DNA of 28,323 nucleotides from positions 1 to 28,323 of IMG/VR virus record IMGVR_UViG_3300017747_001300. The stretch is one strand, 5' to 3'. Under the pieces are notes generated by a model. It had not been told where the DNA came from, ran no database searches, and was given only the letters and a program-made list of their open reading frames with translations. This document shows positions 1-7,477 of this stretch, piece after piece (the stretch's first letter is position 1; the number at the start of each line of letters is the position of its first letter). A program made the translations under genes and the position numbers. The DNA comes from a virus (taxonomy: Duplodnaviria > Caudoviricetes).

Positions 1-447
1 AGCTGCGTAGAACAGCCCCTGCGGGTTCTCTTCGGCCTCGACCATGACACCGTCGCCGAACTTCCAGTCCAGCACGATGACGCGGTCGCCAAGGCGGCCA
101 ATCAGGTCGACGTTGCCGAAGACGCCCTCAAGGCCCTTGACGCCGTCGAACGACACCTCGACCTCTTGGTTGAAGACCATCTCCTGCTTCGGGTCGATCT
201 CGTCGAGAGCGCCAAGGCAGTACTGGAGTTTGTCGGCTTGCTCTTCGGTGAGCTTGTTCTTGGCGATGACGTCGCCCATCTCACCATCGGCCAGAAGGTC
301 TTCCATGCAGGCGTGCAGCATGGTGCCCTCGGCGGCGTACTTGCTCTCCACTTGGGGAGGCATTCTCTGAACCAGCGCCACACTGCCGGGGCAGTTAATG
401 ACGCGCTTGGCGGTGGAACCGCCGACGATCTTGCTGTGTTGCATCAT
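1..447 (-). CDS. DUF2800-family PD-(D/E)XK exonuclease (Cas4-like), runs off the left edge
   Basis: Not in the ORF track. Manual translation MMQHSKIVGGSTAKRVINCPGSVAL...AAEGTMLH...GVFGNVDLIGRLGDRVIVLDWKFGDG...ENPQGLFYAA shows the CPGS, EGT-xx-H, G-x-x-D and D-W-K-F-G motifs. ATGA overlap with the upstream ORF. Confidence 0.85.
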   Translation of the reverse strand, partial: MMQHSKIVGGSTAKRVINCPGSVALVQRMPPQVESKYAAEGTMLHACMEDLLADGEMGDVIAKNKLTEEQADKLQYCLGALDEIDPKQEMVFNQEVEVSFDGVKGLEGVFGNVDLIGRLGDRVIVLDWKFGDGVMVEAEENPQGLFYAA

Positions 448-653
448 TCACCCCCAATTTTGAGCAGGCATTCAACGCGGATGTTCTGCGACTTAAACAC
501 TTGGGCAAGAGCGCCAAGTGCCTGTGCGTTGGCAACCAGCCCGTCAGCCACAGTCTGTATGGCCTCGACTGATTTTGCGTCCCAATGCACGCCGTAGAAC
601 TGGCTGTTGGTGACGGTGGTGCCGCTGGGCGCGGCGGGTTTTTTGGATTTCAC
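444..653 (-). CDS. hypothetical protein (69 aa, MKSKKPAAPSG...)
   Basis: GTG at 653 preceded by AGGAG. Stop overlaps the next start (ATGA). The longer track ORF 444..926 is antisense to VRR-NUC, so its upstream part is unlikely. Confidence 0.7.
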   Translation of the reverse strand: MKSKKPAAPSGTTVTNSQFYGVHWDAKSVEAIQTVADGLVANAQALGALAQVFKSQNIRVECLLKIGGE

Positions 654-682
654 TTTACGCTCCTGTAGTTGATTGAGCCTTA

Positions 683-743
683 ATCCTACCACAAAACAAA
701 AAAGGGTTGTCAAGAAGTTTTTGACGGTGTTATGATGCACCGC
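683..743. promoter_or_regulatory. divergent sigma70-like promoters with an overlapping palindromic operator
   Basis: Rightward: TTGTCA (707-712), N18, TG-n-TATGAT (731-736). Leftward: TTGACA (713-708) and TG-n-TAGGAT (688-683). Palindrome GTCAA-N7-TTGAC at 709-725. Confidence 0.6.
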
Positions 744-1031
744 ATGGAAAAACAAATCGAGGCTCATCTGGTGAGCCAAGTCAAGAAGCTGGGCGGCGTG
801 GCGTACAAGTTCACCAGCCCTGCGCACCGGGGCGTCGCCGACCGCGTCGTCTGCCTGCCCGACGGCAGCACATGGTTCGTCGAGCTGAAGGCGCCCGGCG
901 GCCGGCTGTCGCCGTTGCAGAAGCATTTTGCGTCTGAGATGGCACGCATGTGCCAGAGCTACGCCTGTTTATGGTCTAAGGAGCATGTCGATGAGTGGAT
1001 CAAAGAGCGTGAGTACGGCTTTGCCGGCTAA
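744..1031 (+). CDS. VRR-NUC domain nuclease
   Basis: MEKQIE...GGVAYKFTSP...GVADRVV...FVELKAPGGRLSPLQ is the VRR-NUC pattern. Lies next to an SNF2 helicase. Start 744 chosen over 732. Confidence 0.9.
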   Translation: MEKQIEAHLVSQVKKLGGVAYKFTSPAHRGVADRVVCLPDGSTWFVELKAPGGRLSPLQKHFASEMARMCQSYACLWSKEHVDEWIKEREYGFAG

Positions 1032-1320
1032 GTACTTTGCCGTCGGCCCGTATCGTGCTGAGCAGGTCGGCCCGACATGGTGGGGCGTGATGAACAAGAC
1101 CGGCGTCAACGTGCTGACGTTTGCCGACAAGCCCGGCGCTGTGGTGACCGATGAGGCGCACGCCAAGGCCATCGCTGACGAATGGAACAGCCGCACCGAG
1201 CCGTTCGTGTACGCGCCTGACCCGTATGTGCCGCCCGTAACCACGCGCATGACCGACGAAGAGATGACCGCATACGTCAGCAGTCGCCGGTACAACTGGG
1301 AGACAAAGAAGTGGAGCTGA
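1009..1320 (+). CDS. hypothetical protein
   Basis: Fills the gap between VRR-NUC and helicase with phage-like codon usage. The GTG start at 1009 is uncertain. Confidence 0.6.
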   Translation: MSTALPAKYFAVGPYRAEQVGPTWWGVMNKTGVNVLTFADKPGAVVTDEAHAKAIADEWNSRTEPFVYAPDPYVPPVTTRMTDEEMTAYVSSRRYNWETKKWS

Positions 1321-2603
1321 GGCCCTACCAAGATCAGGGCGCCGACTTCCTGTTCGAACACGACCGGGCGATGGTGCTGGCGCCGGTGGGCGCGGGCAAG
1401 ACCGCGCTCACGTTGACGGCCATGCGCGACATGGTGCGCGAGGGCGTGGTCAAGCGTTGGCTGGTCGTGGCCCCCAAGCGCGTCTGCACAGACGTCTGGC
1501 CGGTCGAGCTGCCGAAGTGGGCGCCCGAGCTGACGATGTCCGTGTGCATCGGCACGCCGCGCCAGCGTCTGGTGGCCTACGCGGCCGACACGCACGTCAT
1601 GGTCATCAACTACGACAACCTGCAATGGCTGTCCGAGCTGAACCTTGGCATCTTCGACGGCGTGGTGTTCGACGAGCTGACCAAGCTCAAGAACGCCTCG
1701 GGCAAGCGCTTCAAGGCGCTGTTCAAGGTCATGGACGCGATCAAAATACGTTGGGGCCTGACGGGATCGTTCACCAGCAACGGTTTGGAGGACGTCTTCG
1801 GCCAGTGCAAGATCATTGATCAGAAGCTGCTGGGCCGCAGCAAGGGTGCTTTCCTGCAACAGTACTTCTACCTCGTCAACAAAGACTACAACGAGTGGGC
1901 CCCACGCCCCGGCGCGCTGGAGCAGGTCATGGCCCGCATCAAGCCGGCGACGTTCGTGCTGGAGCCGGGCGAGTACAAGGACAAGCTGCCGCCGCTGCAC
2001 ACGGTCGAACTGCGCGTCGAGCTGGAAGATCGCCAGCCCTACGAGACGATGAAGAAGGACTTCATCGTGCAGTTCCCTGACACCGCTGCCGTGGCCCAGA
2101 ACGCGGCCGTGGTCACGCAGAAGCTGCAGCAGATGTCGTCTGGGTTCGTCTACACGCCCGAGCCGCGCTGGTTCAGCCCGCACAAGTTTGACGCCCTTGA
2201 TGACCTACTGGAAGAAAACCAACATGCAAACACCCTCCTTGTCTACAACTACCAAGAAGAACTCGCCGAACTCAAGCGACGATACAAGCACCTCACCACG
2301 CTGGACGATGCTGGTGCCATTGAACGATGGAACGCCGGCTTGGTTCCACTTTTGGCAGTGCACCCAAAATCCGCAGGTCATGGCCTTAACTTGCAGCATG
2401 GAGGCCGACACATGGTCTTTCTGTCCTTGCCGTGGAGTCTTGAGCTTTACGAACAAACCGTTGGGCGACTGCACCGCTCCGGCCAGCGACATGACGTCTG
2501 GTGCTACGTCCTGATGACCAACAAGACCGTGGACGAAAAGATTTGGGCTGCGCTGCACGACAAGCGCGCCATCAGTGACGTAGCAATGGAGGAACTGAAA
2601 TGA
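1311..2603 (+). CDS. SNF2-family (SF2) helicase
   Basis: LRPYQ Q-motif, GAGKT Walker A, FDE motif II, LTGS motif III, SAGHGLNLQ motif V, QTVGRLHRSGQ motif VI. Confidence 0.95.
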   Translation: MELRPYQDQGADFLFEHDRAMVLAPVGAGKTALTLTAMRDMVREGVVKRWLVVAPKRVCTDVWPVELPKWAPELTMSVCIGTPRQRLVAYAADTHVMVINYDNLQWLSELNLGIFDGVVFDELTKLKNASGKRFKALFKVMDAIKIRWGLTGSFTSNGLEDVFGQCKIIDQKLLGRSKGAFLQQYFYLVNKDYNEWAPRPGALEQVMARIKPATFVLEPGEYKDKLPPLHTVELRVELEDRQPYETMKKDFIVQFPDTAAVAQNAAVVTQKLQQMSSGFVYTPEPRWFSPHKFDALDDLLEENQHANTLLVYNYQEELAELKRRYKHLTTLDDAGAIERWNAGLVPLLAVHPKSAGHGLNLQHGGRHMVFLSLPWSLELYEQTVGRLHRSGQRHDVWCYVLMTNKTVDEKIWAALHDKRAISDVAMEELK

Positions 2604-3469
2604 GCATCGAAGCAATGAAACAGGCGTTGGAGGCGCTGGAAAAAGCCCAGCCATATCTGAACGAAGCATTACAAAGCGTTGGCGGCATGGCCGAATACAG
2701 GGTCGATTTTGAGTGCGGTTGCGCCATCACCGCCCTCCGCACCGCCATCGAGGCGGCTGAGGAACAGGAAGCATGGAAAACCAGCGACACAGCGTATCGG
2801 CCCGAAGGACTGCCGCAAGACTTTACCAAGCATGAAGTTGAGAATGAAGGTGACTGGTCAGAGTGGGTGTGCCCTGACCCAACGCAATACTTCATGAAGT
2901 GCTGCGACTGTGGACTGGTGCATGAGATGCAGTTCAATGTCGTCAAGTATTCAGAAGGCGATAAGTGTGAGGACTTTGACGACCCATACGTGCAGGCTGT
3001 TTTCAGAGCAAGGCGACATCAGGTTGCTGAGAAGCAAGAAGATAGCCTCGACCAAACAAACTGGGACAACATCCCGCAAGCATTCAACGACTGGTGGAAT
3101 GCCGATTACGACGACAGCACCAACCCGTTCAGGCTAAACAGCCCGGCTTATTGGGCTTGGTCTGGCTGGTCTGCGGCAAACAAGGAGAAGCAGGAGCCGG
3201 TGGCGTGGGGCTGCAACCGCTACATCGAAGACGACAACGGATTTCAGATTGGAACGGATGATCCTGAACTTGCATGGGGTAAATATGCTCCGGACGATAA
3301 CGGCTGGTGGCCCCTCTACACCACCCCACCCGCAGCACAGCGGCAATGGGTTGGGCTGACGGATGAGGACTTTGAAAACGCTTTTCAAGAGACATACATC
3401 ATGGGGGATAGCGATCTTCAAGACTTTGCCAAAGTCATCGAAGCCAAGCTCAAGGAGAAGAACACATGA
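2600..3469 (+). CDS. modular accessory protein (QEPVAW / WVGLTDE-type phage protein) with a CCDCGLVH metal-binding module
   Basis: N-terminal EAMKQALEALE, QEPVAW, PLYTTPP and WVGLTDE motifs. AT-richer than its neighbours. RBS GGAGG and ATGA coupling. Confidence 0.8.
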   Translation: MSIEAMKQALEALEKAQPYLNEALQSVGGMAEYRVDFECGCAITALRTAIEAAEEQEAWKTSDTAYRPEGLPQDFTKHEVENEGDWSEWVCPDPTQYFMKCCDCGLVHEMQFNVVKYSEGDKCEDFDDPYVQAVFRARRHQVAEKQEDSLDQTNWDNIPQAFNDWWNADYDDSTNPFRLNSPAYWAWSGWSAANKEKQEPVAWGCNRYIEDDNGFQIGTDDPELAWGKYAPDDNGWWPLYTTPPAAQRQWVGLTDEDFENAFQETYIMGDSDLQDFAKVIEAKLKEKNT

Positions 3470-3669
3470 TCAAAGACGAAGAGCTGATCGAGATGATCCG
3501 CGACGCAGCCACTGAGCAGCTGCCGATCGCGGTGATGACGGTCAAAGAGATGCGCCAGTTCGCGCAGAAGGTGGCGATGGAATGCGCGCTTATCTCAGCG
3601 ATCCCCGGCATGACGCCCCGTGACATCACCCGCGTAATCAAGGAACGATATGGACTCGACAAAAATTAA
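3466..3669 (+). CDS. hypothetical protein
   Basis: AGGAG RBS and ATGA overlap. Confidence 0.75.
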   Translation: MIKDEELIEMIRDAATEQLPIAVMTVKEMRQFAQKVAMECALISAIPGMTPRDITRVIKERYGLDKN

Positions 3670-3841
3670 GCTGCTCAAGGCCAAGCTCAAGGCGTCCAAG
3701 GCCGAAGAGCGTCAATGGGCCAAGGCGTACAACCGCGCCGACCGCGCCATGCTGCGCGTGGGCCGGCAGATCAATGAACTGGAGAAGAAGATTGCAAACG
3801 AACTGGCGAAAGCTGAACAAAGAGCTGGCGCTGCTCAGTGA
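3650..3841 (+). CDS. hypothetical basic coiled-coil protein
   Basis: AAGGA RBS, operon context. Confidence 0.7.
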   Translation: MDSTKIKLLKAKLKASKAEERQWAKAYNRADRAMLRVGRQINELEKKIANELAKAEQRAGAAQ

Positions 3842-3983
3842 AAACGAGGTGCTGGAGCTGCTCAACGCCGAGCGCGTTGGCCGCCGGCGCCTGTCGATTC
3901 TTGAGCGCCTGCATCAGCGCTACACCAGCCTGCGCGCCGCCCGGGAGCGCATGGAGATTTTGAAAGAAGCCCGGGCGCTATAA
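3792..3983 (+). CDS. hypothetical protein
   Basis: TTG start at 3792 after GGAG, in frame with track ORF 3774..3983. Confidence 0.7.
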   Translation: MQTNWRKLNKELALLSENEVLELLNAERVGRRRLSILERLHQRYTSLRAARERMEILKEARAL

Positions 3984-3993
3984 GGAGAAGATC

Positions 3994-4197
3994 ATGCGGG
4001 AACTGATGGATGCGATGCGCGCTTACTTCCGACTGCCCAGCGCGGAGACGCTGGCGCTCAAGGAGCTGGAGGAGGCCAAACGCAAGCTGCTGGAGGCCCA
4101 GTCAGCGCGCGAATTTTCTGAGTCCATGTGCAAGTATCACGAAGCGCGTATAAAGCGCCTGACGGCCTACTTGCACAGCGTGACGGAGATCAAATGA
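3994..4197 (+). CDS. hypothetical protein
   Basis: TAAGGAG RBS, helical protein. Confidence 0.75.
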   Translation: MRELMDAMRAYFRLPSAETLALKELEEAKRKLLEAQSAREFSESMCKYHEARIKRLTAYLHSVTEIK

Positions 4198-4445
4198 AAT
4201 GCCCAGTATGCGGAACATGGACAGTGGTGAAGGAGACGCGGGGCGAGCGCCGGCGCCGAGAGTGTGCGAACCTGCACAAGTTCACTACCCAAGAAAGCGT
4301 CGTGAAAATTGGCCCTTCCGCGTCTACGAAGAAAACGGACGCATGTACCAAAACACCGTCCCGCGTAGAAAAACCGACCCCCTCGCCGACGCCGAGCCCG
4401 CGCCGTGGTGACCTGCTGCAACCACAACTGCCGGCAGGGGCGTGA
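4194..4445 (+). CDS. zinc-ribbon protein (NrdR N-terminal / Ogr-Delta-like)
   Basis: MKCPVCG...ETR...RRRRECANLHKFTTQE. GGAG RBS and ATGA overlap. Confidence 0.7.
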   Translation: MKCPVCGTWTVVKETRGERRRRECANLHKFTTQESVVKIGPSASTKKTDACTKTPSRVEKPTPSPTPSPRRGDLLQPQLPAGA

Positions 4446-4458
4446 CTGCCCCCTCAGG

Positions 4459-4827
4459 CTACTTTGCCTTGCGGCTGTAGAACAGCGTGCGGTCGCCGAA
4501 CAGGTAAAAGCCGACGGCGGCCGCGAAGTTGTCGACGGTGTCGCTCGACTGGCCCTGAAGTTTCAGCGCCGCCCAAGTGCCCAGCACAACGGCCGCAACA
4601 GCCGGGCGCATGAGGCGCACAGCGGCCTCGACCCACGGGTATGAGGGGTTGGCCCCACCGGCCTCGTTCATGGCCTTGAACATGTCCAGATCGAACTGGC
4701 GCATCTTGACGTACTCGTCCACGTTGACGGGCTTGTAGCCGTCGGTCTGGATGAAGCGTCCGATGAGGGATTTCCCTAAGTCAACGGCCAGTGGCCCCAG
4801 CGCAGCGAGTATGGTCAACGGATCCAT
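4459..4827 (-). CDS. putative holin (GTA 3TM-holin-like)
   Basis: Follows the endolysin. W...RP plus hydrophobic segments and a C-terminal FYLFGDRT with basic tail. AGGAGG RBS. Confidence 0.6.
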   Translation of the reverse strand: MDPLTILAALGPLAVDLGKSLIGRFIQTDGYKPVNVDEYVKMRQFDLDMFKAMNEAGGANPSYPWVEAAVRLMRPAVAAVVLGTWAALKLQGQSSDTVDNFAAAVGFYLFGDRTLFYSRKAK

Positions 4828-4835
4828 ATGGCCTC

Positions 4836-5288
4836 CTATGCCAGTTCAAAGTGCGGCCCGTCGATGAAAGGCCGCTGGCCCATCTTACGCCGGGTATCGA
4901 TGTAGTACATCATCGCCGACTCCATCGTGCCCTTCCAATGACGAACGTCAGGCACGTTCCACGCCGCGCCCCAGCGCAGACCTACGTTGGCCTCCAACGC
5001 GGCCAGACGCATGGCGTCGGCAATGTCGTCGTAGAGGTTCAGCTCCCATGAGATGCGGTTGCCGATGTAGGCCACCATGTCAACGGCCCGGCCGGCTACA
5101 TGCGTGCCGCCTTCCTTGATCTGGCTGGCGCCCTTGGCGAACAGCTCGCGCTGCCGCTCGGGCGTGCGCAGCCCCTCAGTGACGGCGAAGTCAACCTTGG
5201 TCAGCTCGATCGCGCGCTTGACGACGCGAACCAGACTAGGGTTTACCCCATCCAGCTTTGCCAGCGAGCGAGCGCTGAGCTTGAACAC
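4836..5288 (-). CDS. endolysin, M15-family peptidase (L-Ala-D-Glu type)
   Basis: EGLRT-x-x-RQ, H-x-x-G-x-A-x-D (THVAGRAVD) and DGPHFEL zinc-peptidase motifs. Confidence 0.9.
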   Translation of the reverse strand: MFKLSARSLAKLDGVNPSLVRVVKRAIELTKVDFAVTEGLRTPERQRELFAKGASQIKEGGTHVAGRAVDMVAYIGNRISWELNLYDDIADAMRLAALEANVGLRWGAAWNVPDVRHWKGTMESAMMYYIDTRRKMGQRPFIDGPHFELA

Positions 5289-5290
5289 GA

Positions 5291-5509
5291 TCAGTGCTTA
5301 CCGAAGAAGAACCCGACAACGCCGGTCAGAGCCGACCACAGGCCGATGCCGATCCACAGCGCGCCTTTGGAGCGGCTTGCCATGTCCAGCAGCAGCTCCA
5401 TCTGGCGCTCCATCTTGTCCATCTTCTTGTCCATGTCCTGCACCTTCTGCCACAGGACACCGTATTTCACGGGGTCAATTTCCGCGTTCCCTTCCAAAGC
5501 CATGTTCAC
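5291..5509 (-). CDS. small membrane protein (coiled coil plus C-terminal TM), lysis-associated
   Basis: GALWIGIGLWSALTGVVGFFF hydrophobic helix. Directly upstream of the endolysin. Confidence 0.7.
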   Translation of the reverse strand: MNMALEGNAEIDPVKYGVLWQKVQDMDKKMDKMERQMELLLDMASRSKGALWIGIGLWSALTGVVGFFFGKH

Positions 5510-7467
5510 CTCGCCAGAGCATTTGCAGGCGCAGCAGGCGCTGGCGCCAAGTTGTTGATTTGGGGTGTCTCAGGGTTCTCGATTGCCCCGCCAACGCCCA
5601 TCGCCGCTTTTGGCGTCGCGGCGCGCACTGACGCCCACGTCTGCGGGTCGTTGATGGCTTTGAGCACCTTGATCCGTTCGTCGCCGGGCAACATGCCCAG
5701 CAGCTCGTCAAACGACTTGGCCGACATCGACGCCTCGGCCATCGTCTTGATGGTCTTCTCGCCGACGCGGGTGCCCAGCGTGTCCAGCACCTTGTTGGCC
5801 GTCGTCGCCAGCACGTTGAAGATGTTGGGCAGACGGTAGTTGGGCAGCTCTTCCTTGAGCAGCTCGGTGGCGCGCTGCTGGCCGGCGCTGATCTGCTGGC
5901 CGATGGCGGCCTCAGTCTCCAGCTGCTTGGCAACCTCGCGCACCTTGGTGAGCTGCTCGGGCGTCAGCACTTCGGTGAGCGACTCAAAGCGAGCGCCGCC
6001 CCGGCCGCCGGCGCGCTTGAGCATGGCCTGCTCGCCCCGGCCCAGCACGTTGAGGAACGGCCCGATGCGCTCGCCGCCGCCGGGCTTCTCCAGCACCGAC
6101 ACCATCTCTTTGAGAACCTGCGCCTGATTGACCGGCGCAGACAGCGTGGAGAACGTAGCGCGGGCCCGCCCGTAATCAGGCACCTTCGCCTCAAACACCT
6201 TGACGTAGTCGTCCAGCAGTGCCCGCGCGGCCAGCTGGGTGTCGCGGCCGGCGCCGGTGGTGGCCGTCGGGCCGTAGGCGATATCGCCCAGCGCGCGCTT
6301 GATGTAGTGCAGCGATTCGCCGGTGATTTCGGCCGTCTGGCCGGGCACTTCGCGCATTACGGGTTTACCCGCAGCATCCAGCACGCCCGTCTCAACCATC
6401 CGCGCCGGCGTTGTCTTGCCCATGATGAAGGGCCGACCCTCCATCTTGGCGATGTTGGCCGCCTGCGCTAGCGTGCCCTCAGGCATCCGAGAAATGACGC
6501 TGGTCAGCTCGGCATCGATCGGCACCACAGCGCGGTCAGCCGCCTCGTACAGGGGCTTGGACGCCGCCCGGCGGGCGTTGATGGCTGCTTGCAGATCAGG
6601 CGTGACGCCTTGAATGGTCGACCTGCGTGCTGCCTCTTGGCCGGCCTCGATGCCCGCGCGGGTGTCGACCGTGCTGGTCTTCTTGATCGTCTTCTCGATC
6701 GTGGCCTGCGCGCTGGGCGATACGATGCCGCCCCGCGCCAGCGCCTGCTGCGCGGTCAGCCCTTGGGCCTCCGGCGCCTGCAGCGCGGCCCGGGCGGCAG
6801 CGACTTGTTCTGGCGTGCCCAGCGACTCGCGGGCCGTGCGGGCGGCCAGCTGGTTGGGCAGCTTGGTGATGTCAGCAAGCTTGCCGGCCCCGGTCACGCC
6901 GGCCTGCACCAGCCGGTTGACGACCGGCGCAGCCAGCCGGCCACCGACCTCGTAGGTAGCGCCCTCGACGACGTTGCCGCCCGCTTGGCGCATCTCTTGC
7001 CCCAGCGTCTGCGACGGGGGCTGCAAGCCAAGGGCCACATCGACCGCGCGCAAGCCCTGCTTGGCCGTGCCGTAGCCCAGCGCCGAACCAGAGATACCGC
7101 CGACTGCCGTGCCCACGGGCCCGGCGCCAAACGTGCCAGCGGCCGCGCCGCCGACACCGCCTGCGACGCCGCCGAGCATCTCAACCGTAGGGCCAAGCAG
7201 CTGACGCGCGGCGACCGCACCCCTGTACAGGTTCGGGTACTGGGATGCCCATGCTGGCGGCTCTGCCCGGGGGCCGGGCACCCCTTCAGACTCGGCCGCA
7301 CGGGGCTGGGCCACGCCGAACTTGACGCGGATGGCTTCTTGCGTGGCGGCGTTGGCCTTGGAAAAGTTCGGGTCGAGCGGCGCGTACTTGTCAAAAATGG
7401 CGCGCTTGGTCGCCTCGTTGGCGTTGACGTAGTTGGGGTCTTGGATGATCTCGGCGAGCGATGCCAT
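5506..7467 (-). CDS. internal virion / DNA ejection protein
   Basis: Ala/Gly-rich 653 aa protein with a glycine-zipper segment. Last of three large genes after the tail genes, as in P22-like podoviruses. Confidence 0.7.
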   Translation of the reverse strand: MASLAEIIQDPNYVNANEATKRAIFDKYAPLDPNFSKANAATQEAIRVKFGVAQPRAAESEGVPGPRAEPPAWASQYPNLYRGAVAARQLLGPTVEMLGGVAGGVGGAAAGTFGAGPVGTAVGGISGSALGYGTAKQGLRAVDVALGLQPPSQTLGQEMRQAGGNVVEGATYEVGGRLAAPVVNRLVQAGVTGAGKLADITKLPNQLAARTARESLGTPEQVAAARAALQAPEAQGLTAQQALARGGIVSPSAQATIEKTIKKTSTVDTRAGIEAGQEAARRSTIQGVTPDLQAAINARRAASKPLYEAADRAVVPIDAELTSVISRMPEGTLAQAANIAKMEGRPFIMGKTTPARMVETGVLDAAGKPVMREVPGQTAEITGESLHYIKRALGDIAYGPTATTGAGRDTQLAARALLDDYVKVFEAKVPDYGRARATFSTLSAPVNQAQVLKEMVSVLEKPGGGERIGPFLNVLGRGEQAMLKRAGGRGGARFESLTEVLTPEQLTKVREVAKQLETEAAIGQQISAGQQRATELLKEELPNYRLPNIFNVLATTANKVLDTLGTRVGEKTIKTMAEASMSAKSFDELLGMLPGDERIKVLKAINDPQTWASVRAATPKAAMGVGGAIENPETPQINNLAPAPAAPANALAR

Positions 7468-7477
7468 ATACCCCTCC

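Noticed and set aside
969-2183. 404-aa minus-strand ORF
   Set aside because: Antisense shadow of the SNF2 helicase.
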